From Cercozoa sp. M6MM (taxonomy: Eukaryota; Protista; Endomyxa: Ascetosporea), in assembly GCA_040357565.1 (NCBI GenBank), contig JBDODJ010000001.1: 64,000 bases of DNA; one strand, given 5' to 3'. A model generated the notes under the pieces. The model was not told the DNA's origin. It worked only from the letters and a program-made list of their open reading frames with translations, and made no database searches. Below are positions 55,601-64,000 of the stretch, in pieces. The translations under genes were made by a program, and so were the position numbers. The number at the start of each line of letters is the position of its first letter. Position 1 is the stretch's first letter.

Positions 55601-58600
55601 GCCGAGAATCCACCAGTTGCGCGGCAGTTTCGTCGCCCAAAACGTCCGTTTTTGCGGCAGCAGCCATCTGTACACTTTACTTAAGGCTGCGTCTGTATCT
55701 TATCAGGTACTGTAGTACCCTCCCATCCAGGACCGGTGACACAGGCACTGACGAAAGGTGACGCCGCCGTCTGAGACACCCGCATACAATACAGCTCAAA
55801 CACACAGACACAGACACATACGCACACACACACTGCCTTAGTACCGTAGTAGTCGTGATTGCCTGGCACAGCCAAGGCAACTGGCGCATCGGTGCTGTTG
55901 ATTTCCATAGTTTCAAAGGCTACAGAAACAACCGGAAGCATACCAAAAATCCAGAAAAAACCAAAACAAAACCTACAGAAATCCGGCTGCCACGCGGCAT
56001 CCGATGTTGCCAGGTAGGCTTCGTTGTCATCCTCCTCGGCAGTGTCAAAAACGAGCGTGTCCGCGTCAGTGTCACTCCCGGAATCAGCGTGCCTAGTGTC
56101 AGTGTCTGCAGTACCAACAACAAGTTTGTCGGACAGACCGAACGGAGGCGATGGCAGCGCTTCCTCGAATACGCGCAGAAACTTCTTTTGAAAGCACGCC
56201 CTGCAGTCTCAGCACTCTTGGTACAACAACTCACACCAAGAACTGAAGAGGCAAGCGCACAAAGTGGGCGACGGGTAGGCCAGGTCGCCACCAATCAGCC
56301 TGGACATATTTGGTATTTTCGCGGTTCAAAAACGCCAATGATTGATTGTAACTTACAGCAGAGTGCCGCGTTTGAGAGTCACCAAACGATCGTTCGCGTT
56401 CTCTTCCTCCTCAGGTACCTCCTGCCGCTTGTGCTTGTGCCGACTGCAATCAGTTGAAAGGGTTAAAAAAAAAAAGAAACCGAAAAACGGTAGGTCACAG
56501 CCCAACTTACCTGGGCAAAAACAAGGCTGCAAAACTGCCCTTTTCGCGAAAACGGCGCTTCAGTGTGAGCCGCGGAGCTGCCAGCAGTCGTGCCACGGCG
56601 TAGGAGCTGTTGAACCCATCGCCCACGTCAGCCACAAAATCGAACCAGAAGGACTCATCGTTGCGAGCACTCGGCGAGGATATCTGCATGCGCAAGAAAG
56701 GACTTGATTATTTGCAGAGTTAACTGGTCGAATACCAGGGTATCATCGGTCGCACGCGGCGACGGCGGCGACGCGCGGTTCGACAAGTCGAGAATGTTCT
56801 GATTCAATCCAAAACATGAATTCAGTTTAGTTTTTATCTAAGGGGTAAAAAGGTACCTTGTTGATCGGAGGCGTGAGCGTCAAACTGTCTTCATCGGCGG
56901 GTCCATTCGAAAGCGAGCGCAGCGTGCTGCTCCTCGAAGAAGGCGAGGAAGGAGCACTCGCGAGTCGGCGCAGCGGTGCTTCTGCTTCAGTTGACTCAAC
57001 CCGTTCGCGCTGTTGATTTCGAAATTGCGGCGATCGAGAGTCGTTCGTTCGTCCCCGACCGCCACGCTCATCGTTGTGTAGAATCTGCAACTCTCGCAGG
57101 TCGAATCTCGATAGAAACGTCATCGACAGGCCGATATCGACACTACAAGTGTTTGTTTACTTGTTTGTTTGTTTGTTTTCGAAGAAACACTTCCACCGAT
57201 CACAACCAAAAAACTATGAATGGATGGACTAATTTACAGTGTTGCTGCTTGCACCATGCTGTACCACGGCACCATTTTGCTCATGACCCTGTACATCACA
57301 GCGGTTAGGCGAAAATCCCAGTTTTTTGACAGCAAAAGCTACGGTGGATTTCGGAACAGAAAGTAGCGCCTGCAGCAACATCACTTGACTCAATTCCTTT
57401 GTTTGGCATGAAAGGATGATGGGAAACGGACCGAAGAACAGGCGGAAGCTGCTTCACGCGTTGCAGCAAACGATTCTTCTCGCGCAGCGAGCTTTCACTT
57501 CAAAGCAGCAGAAACAATGAGTACCAATTTAGCAACACACACACAGCAACGTACGGTTCATCAGGCAGGTGCGTTCGAAGCGATTCCACCGTGATTTCTT
57601 CTTCAACGTCGGCGGCACTTTCGATCGGCACCGCAGGAGCAACCACAGTGACGGGAGCGCGCGACTTGCGCTGCGACTCGAACACAAAGTGCGTCAGCGC
57701 CACTGCAAGCGAAATTTAATAGAAAATTCGATGACACAAGAGCAAGACAAAGCTGTGTGATTAGTTAAACACCTGTCATGAGCGACATCCACAGCGACAC
57801 CACGGGCGGAATCTCTGCGTCCTTGCCACTCATCTAAACACAATGATCAAACGAAAGCACCTATACACTTTAGAGAAACGTAAACTGGGATCTACTCACT
57901 TTAGAGAAACGCGCCGGCAGGCCCATAAGCCAAGTGGCAGCAGGCCCGCACTCGCTGTGTGCATGCCGCGCCGAGAATCCACAGAACGTCACGAAACTAT
58001 CCCAAACAATCGAAGAATCAGTGAGAAACGGCAATGTGGAAATACAGAAATTTCGAAAAAAAAACAAAAACTCACGCAGTGGAAACGATAGCCAGACACA
58101 TTCCGAGAACCCAAAATTCCACAAGACGTCGGATTGTGCCGAAGCGAACGACACGGCGTCCGCCGAGCACAACCAGCACCGTCTTGATCACTGCTGCGCA
58201 CGTGCAGAGCGCCACAAAAGAACCCAGCCACGCGTAGGGCATTAGCGCCAAAGAGGCCTGCCATTTTGAGCGAAACACGCGCAACAGCGACACTAGCTGC
58301 CAGAAAAAGATAGATCCGTGGCTTTCGAAGCGCTTTCAACAACAGCAATAGTATGCGCTTACCGACGAAAGCAGCCAAACGAAACCGCCAACAACAATGA
58401 CGGCGTACTTTCTGTTTCGAAGTCGCTTTCGCAAAACACGCGCTGGTTCCAAAACGGCTGCCGTCAGCGCAGCGAAAAACACAGCGAACGCCAGTTCGGC
58501 AGCTCGGTCTTTTTTGACAAAGAACAGTCAGTCAGAAACTATAGTCTGAAATCACCAAAAGTAGAGGGTACTTTGAGTTTCAATTGCTAGACCTGTGTCT

Positions 58601-58629
58601 CCTTCATCAAAACGGTGCGCGTCCACCAT
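52603..58629 (-). CDS. Multi-TM calcineurin-like metallophosphoesterase (family known from plants, algae and stramenopiles)
   Basis: FWFDFVADVGDGFNSSYAVARLLA, LIGGDLAYPSP, AVPGNHDY, HHEPDW, RLAGDLHCYMRH, LSGGGGAFMHPTH, ESFSSLRIEDLKNFTRMRI. Hydrophobic N-terminal and C-proximal segments. Confidence 0.85.
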
Positions 58630-59094
58630 TTCACGCCATGGAACTGCGAGGTTGCCACCTGAGAAACACCAACATCTCGACTCGAAATTTACTCGTGTAA
58701 AATCGATACAGAAAGTAGTCTGAGTTGTACCAAACACCAGTGCAAGTGGCCATTCTGTATGTTCTCGGAGGTGCTGCAGCACTCGGAAAACAAAGATGCC
58801 GCCTCCCAGCCACAACAAATGCCTGGAACACAAACTTTCGCATTTTGTTTTTTCACAACAAATGCTGATTGCACGGAAATCCTACGATAAACCAGGCTCC
58901 ATTTAGTCAGATCGTAATGCCAGATTCATTGGCACATACAGGAAGGACACCAAAATTAAGTATTATGACACCACAAGCGGTAATTTAGCTTTGCTCATTT
59001 TCTGGCTCAACAGCTTGGGCTCCGAGTCGAACAGAGCGTGCCTGAGAGTCACACGTTTACGCATAGCGCGAGGGGTTCCAGTCGTGTGTAAACC

Positions 59095-60031
59095 ATGCCA
59101 GTTTCAAAGCGTGCGCAGATCGGTAGCTCTTCGTGCTTGTTGTGAGGCAGGCTCGAGTATTTGTTGTATTTGTCTTTTGTATATCCCTGGTGTCTGTGTG
59201 CAGTTTCGCTCACGAAGGTGAAGAAGAAGGGCCGCGGCGCCAAGGAGCGTCAGGTTCAGGAGATCCGCGCGGCTGCCGATGAGTACAGGTTCGGCTACGT
59301 GGTCAGTGTGGCCAACATGCGCAACAACCTGCTGAAGGAGATTCGCGATGAGTGGTCGCACTCGAAGCTCTTCTTTGGCAAGAACCGCATCATGAAGCTT
59401 GCTCTGGGCCGCTCCGAGGCCGAGCAGTACCGACCTGTACCTCAGATTTCTGTGTTATTTTTGTTTTTATTGCTTGTCCAAATTATGCTGTGTTGACAGG
59501 GCCTGTTCAAGCTGTCGGAGCAGATTGAGGGCGAGTGCGGCCTGCTGTTCACGAACCTCGACTCCACGGCCGTGCTGGACTACTTCAGCAAGCTCAAGGT
59601 GCCGGCCTTTGCGCGCAGTGGCAACGAGGCCATGAAGGCCTTCTCGCTGCCCGAGGGCGAGCTGCCTGGCATTCCCTTCTCCATGGAGGAGCACCTGCGC
59701 TCGCTGGGTACAGCCTTGCCTTTCAGCCTTATTAACTCACCTATATTAACCCTTGCCATCCTTTACCTATCCCATTCATCTCCCCCCCATGTAACCAACA
59801 GGCGTACCGTCGCAACTCAAGGACGGTAAGGTGCTGTGCACGCGCGAGTACCAGGTGTGCGCCGAGGGCGAGCAGCTCTCGCCTGAGCAGTGCAGAATAC
59901 TCGAGCTCTTCCAGCAGAAGATGTCGCTCTTTGAAGTGCTCGTGCACTGCTGCTGGTCGCGCGACGACGGCAGCTGCGAGGTCTTTGAGATCGAGTACGA
60001 CTCCGACGACTCCGAGGAGAAGAAGAACTAA
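59095..60031 (+). CDS. MRT4: mRNA turnover protein 4 / ribosome assembly factor Mrt4
   Basis: MPVSKRAQIVSLTKVKKKG, NMRNNLLKEIRDEW, SKLFFGKNRIMKLALG, GECGLLFTN, FARSG, SMEEHLRSLGVP, VCAEGEQLSPEQCRILELF. Confidence 0.95.
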
Positions 60032-60674
60032 ACCTGGCGCACGCCCGGATCCGTGGCCGCACGCGACGATGCGACTGATTTGATTCATTGAGGTCGAGCC
60101 TAAGTTGATTTTTCAAGGTTCTGCCGATTCGTTAGCTGAGTCTTTTCTGAAACCAACGAAGGAGTTCCCCTGCAACCGGTTTGGGGCGAGGTTCTGTCGA
60201 TTTTTCGTGTCTCCAGATCTGGCTAAACTTAATCAGTCGCAGTGCGCGGTGGTCGAGTTTACGCGAGGCCCCGGGATCCCCGTCCTTTCAGCGCAGTTCG
60301 GTTTTGAACACGCGAGATCGGATACGCGACGGTTTTTGAGATTTACTTTCGAGTCAATTTCAAGTTTTTGGGATTTAATTATAGAGTAAGTTATGACGCG
60401 ACGTGTACATCATGGCAAAAGTCGGTCGAGTCGAATGGCCGCAGAGAATTGAAAGTGACACGGAGACACGCGGCCGACCGCAAGCAAACCCGTGCGAGGA
60501 CTCCGACTTCGCACCCTTTTTTCGCACTTTACAGTTTGCTTTCGGCACTTGCGAATCGTCGTAGCAAGCTTTCTTTTGTTTGCAATAGCTGGAGCAGTTC
60601 TTCTAAACCGACTCAAAGACCCTTCGATGGTGCCTATTCCGAGTTCGCATCGGCAGCAAACCGCCGGCATCAGC

Positions 60675-61391
60675 ATGTCACACGCTGGCGTTGCCGGCTC
60701 TCCGACCCCTCAGACTCGCGTACAATAATTTATATTCAAGGCCTAAAGCAGTACAGTAGGTACTGTACTGTACGGTACTGTGCGGTAATACTGGGTTTTT
60801 CTTATTCCACACGTGCAGTATGGGCAGCGAGCGATGTCGCGCGACTTCCAGCACGGACTGTTGTCTTGGTACTGGGAATGTACTGCTATAGACTTTCAAC
60901 ATGCTAGATCCTGATCGTGATGGTCGTACCTGTCTTGGTCAGCTGTTCGGCTGGCTCGGGATTCTGCATCTACACATAGTAAACACACCATTGATAATCA
61001 TGGAACACTCGTGCCGTGCGTGAGTGGCACATTGACACACGGTAATCAATGATACCTGCAGCTGTTGCGGAGCGTGCGCGAATGCTTCGGTGCGCAACTC
61101 GTACGACAACTCGAACTGGTGCTTCAATTGTCTCTGCCTGACGCCGGCAATGAACCGCAACATCATCCGTGAGGGATACGGGATCGAAGGCAACTGCTGC
61201 AGCGATATCTGCATTGGCGTGTTCTGCATGCCCTGCTCGACGTGCCAGCTCATGGCTGAGGTACCGATACCAGTTTGCAGTTTTCTACATTTTCGATGAC
61301 TGGTGTCGGATTGTCGGCGTCTCAGCATTCCTTGACTGCCTTCTTGTAGGTCGAAGCACGCGGTCCTACTAACCAAGCCGTCGTGATGTAG
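60675..61391 (+). CDS. PLAC8/cornifelin family Cys-rich protein
   Basis: RNIIREGYGIEGNCCSDICIGVFCMPCSTCQLMAEV. Confidence 0.85.
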
Positions 61392-61612
61392 CGCTGCCGT
61401 TGTAATCCTGGTGACAGTAACTTTAGTACAGTAGCACTGATGCATCGACGTACAATAGTAGGTAGTATCTGAAAGGTAAAGTAGGAGCGAAAGAAGACGG
61501 GCGTCCTTAGGAACGAGAAAAGAAAAACGGCACACGAAAGTCCAGCGGTCGCAGTTGAACTTTGAATCTTGAGATTCGCAACTGACTCGCTGTCTTTGTG
61601 CACGTGGCTTGC

Positions 61613-62891
61613 TTAGCGCAGCAAGAACAACACTGGCAGTGCCAGAACTGCTGCAGCCCCGAACTGGAGTCGAGCAGCACCACTGGTGCCGGTCGCACGT
61701 TGTGGCTCAACAGGCTACTTAAAACACAGTCAATTAAAAACAACAGTGCAACGCAGGAAAAAAAGTAAAATGAGCCATACGATATGGCTCGGATAGGGTT
61801 TCGGCTCAATCGTAGGCGAATCTGTAGGGGAAGCGGTAGTAGGCGCGTCCGTTGGAGCAGGTGTGGTAGGCACTTTCGTCGTTACGCCAGGAGTAGTCGC
61901 CGATCCAGAAGGCGCTGGTGTCTGTTGTGCGCACAGCTGCTTCGGGCACGGAACAGGAACGTTCTTGCACTCGTTGCAGAGACTGTTCAACACGAAGGCG
62001 TTAGTCACAATGTCGAAGCACTGGAAGATGTGCTCGGTCGCACATGTCAGATCGACGACTGAACATGTCAAAATTATATGGGATTGCAGTAAATTTACAC
62101 AGTCATGTACATGGGGGGGGGGGGTAGAACATATTCCCGTACCGTCGTACATGCTCAGTAAATGCGTCTTGTGAGTCAAGTCGTGACAGTTAGCAAAGTC
62201 GGCAGCTTCTTTGGCCTGGCATACGAGACGGCCCGGGCACTGCTGCGGCAGACATGGCACGTACTTCACAACACGCGGGTCGGCCTTGCTGCTCTCACAA
62301 GCCCAGGTACATTTATACCGTAGTGTTGAGCTACGTCCTTAGACATTCGTAATTTACAATATAAATTTGGTACCATGCGAAAGCCTTGGAGCAGTCGCCG
62401 TTCTGGAAGCAGTCGTGCACCAAAGTGAAGGCATCCGGATTCTCCACAGGGTCGAGGGATGCACAGGGGCCCGAAGGGGTAGGAGTCGAGGAGGGACTTG
62501 GCACAGGCGTAGGTGTCGGAGAGGGACTTGGCACAGGCGTAGGTGTCGGCGAAGGACTTGGCACAGGCGTGGGTGTCGGTGAAGGGCTCGGTACGGGCGT
62601 AGGTGTCGGCGAAGGACTTGGCACAGGCGTAGGTGTCGGTGAAGGACTCGGTACGGGCGTAGGGGTCGGAGACGGGCTCGGTACGGGCGTGGGAGTTGGG
62701 GACGGACTCGGTACGGGCGTAGGTGTTGGCGAAGGACTTGGCACAGGCGTGGGAGTCGGGGACGGACTCGGTACGGGCGTAGGAGTCGGAGAAGGACTCG
62801 AAGTGGGAGTTTTCCAGCCCTGGTAGACCGAGTCGGCAGTCACGGCGTGACTGACGAGGACAGACAGGACAGTGGCCAAGAACAGCTTCAT
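61613..62891 (-). CDS. Secreted, probably GPI-anchored protein with ([10 protein letters not shown])n tract and Cys-rich domains
   Basis: Signal peptide [19 protein letters not shown]. Repeat tract, Cys-rich exons, Thr/Pro linker, and C-terminus [24 protein letters not shown]. Confidence 0.75.
62475..62805 (-). repeat. Coding 30-bp minisatellite, about 10-11 units
   Basis: Units such as gaaggacttggcacaggcgtaggtgtcggc and gacggactcggtacgggcgtaggtgttggc on the + strand. Confidence 0.95.
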
Positions 62892-63347
62892 ATGGACCGG
62901 AACGATGCGATTTGACAGCGGAACAACTTAGGTGTCACTGTGCTTGTTTCGAACGGGATTCGGAGGAACGGTTGATCAGATGGAACTGAACGTTCGCTGG
63001 TAACTCGAATGCACAACTGAGAACGTAATCAAATCGGATGCCGGAGTGAAGCAACCCAACTGGACTGAATCTTTCGGGAAAATAGAGCCCGAAGACCATT
63101 TAGTGTTCGGCAAATGTCATTCACCTAAACGTTGACATCTGTCATGTCCTTACAACAGGCAGTAAAGTAACGAAATTGCAGCTTTTCAGAGCTTTCCTAG
63201 TTTAGTCTGGGCCAGGCCAACATCTTGATTACGCCCATACCTATGTGAGCGCACGCAGCGCGACGCAGCTTTCTTTCGGACTTTGTGCAGAAAATAAAAA
63301 CGCATGAACCGACGCTCGGCCCTCGATACATCTAGCCAGAGCTTGGA

Positions 63348-64000
63348 ATGCGTCTGTGCAAGCAAGTGTTGTGCTTCCTAGGACTGATCGGGACAGTACC
63401 AGTCTCTGGTGCTCGTGCCAGTCAGGATGCCGAAGCCTTTCGAGAGTTGAGACATGTCGCTTGTGATTTACGTGGCGCAGAGGTGCGACTCCAGCCGCTG
63501 CTGGTCGACAACTCAGGACTGGTCAATTTTACTATTCTTTCCGTCTGAGTTTTATGCAAGATTAAGATTACAGTATCGATTTAATTCGCAGACTGAAGGA
63601 GTCAAAGCAATGGTGACCCAGATCCACTTCTTGCTGACTTCGTCGAGCGATATCGTTGAAGAATTCTGCCAAGAAAAAGAACGTGCCGATGTGAAGGCCA
63701 AAGTTGGTGCTAATCGTAGTGTCACGTCTGACTTTGACTTGAGTTTGACTGCATTAAGCGACTCGGACGAGGACAGTGACAGCAGCGACTTAGACTGGAA
63801 TGTCGTGACTCCGAAACCTCAACAACCTGAGAGAATCCAGGAGGCTGTCACTCCCGAGATCAAGCTTCCTCTCGATCTGAGCGACAATGACGGCACAGAA
63901 ATCGCTGTTCCTGGTGCCAACGGACAGCCTGTCTGCATGAAGTACATTACCTATTAATGAAGCATTCACAGTACTGTGTGTGTGTGTGTGTGTGTGTGTG
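63348..64000 (+). CDS. 5' part of an unknown gene (acidic Ser/Asp-rich exon)
   Basis: Open exons at about 63410-63520 and 63590-63930, followed by a TG microsatellite at the window edge. Confidence 0.4.

Noticed and set aside
62475-62805. CRISPR-like array of 30-bp units
   Set aside because: No unique spacers. It is an in-frame coding minisatellite in a eukaryotic gene.

Overview
Gene-dense, intron-rich nuclear DNA from a eukaryotic microbe. It is probably a protist, but the lineage cannot be determined from the sequence. The standard genetic code fits, all junctions I traced are GT-AG, and most introns are about 50-150 nt. There are 7 scaffold gaps. Manual splicing gives about 23 protein-coding genes, many in head-to-head pairs. 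In order they are: NUFIP1/Rsa1-like, PARP6/8-type mono-ADP-ribosyltransferase, a C2H2 protein, a SET-domain methyltransferase, TTLL9-like tubulin glutamylase, a Q-rich zf-4CXXC_R1 (CDCA7-type finger) protein, a divergent small GTPase, FAM136A-like, a coiled-coil protein, TTLL4-like glutamylase, an RGS protein, a GPI-type Cys-rich surface protein, an acidic repeat protein, the 3' end of histidine ammonia-lyase, a gene of more than 10 kb encoding Tudor/Agenet + 3 paired C2H2 modules + Nbr1-FW domain, an HDAC, two membrane proteins, pyruvate kinase, a multi-TM calcineurin-like phosphoesterase, MRT4, PLAC8-family, a GPI-type Pro/Ser/Thr-repeat protein and a partial unknown gene. The most unusual non-coding signal is confined to three domains (about 1.8-8.6, 29.6-38.9 and 50.2-55.4 kb). 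There, introns are filled with a degenerate GGGGTAAA/TTTACCCC satellite, and parts of these domains are strongly enriched in CACGTG/GTGAC, which looks like GCG->GTG decay. Gene boundaries come from manual splicing and are approximate. Family calls come from motif recognition, not database searches.
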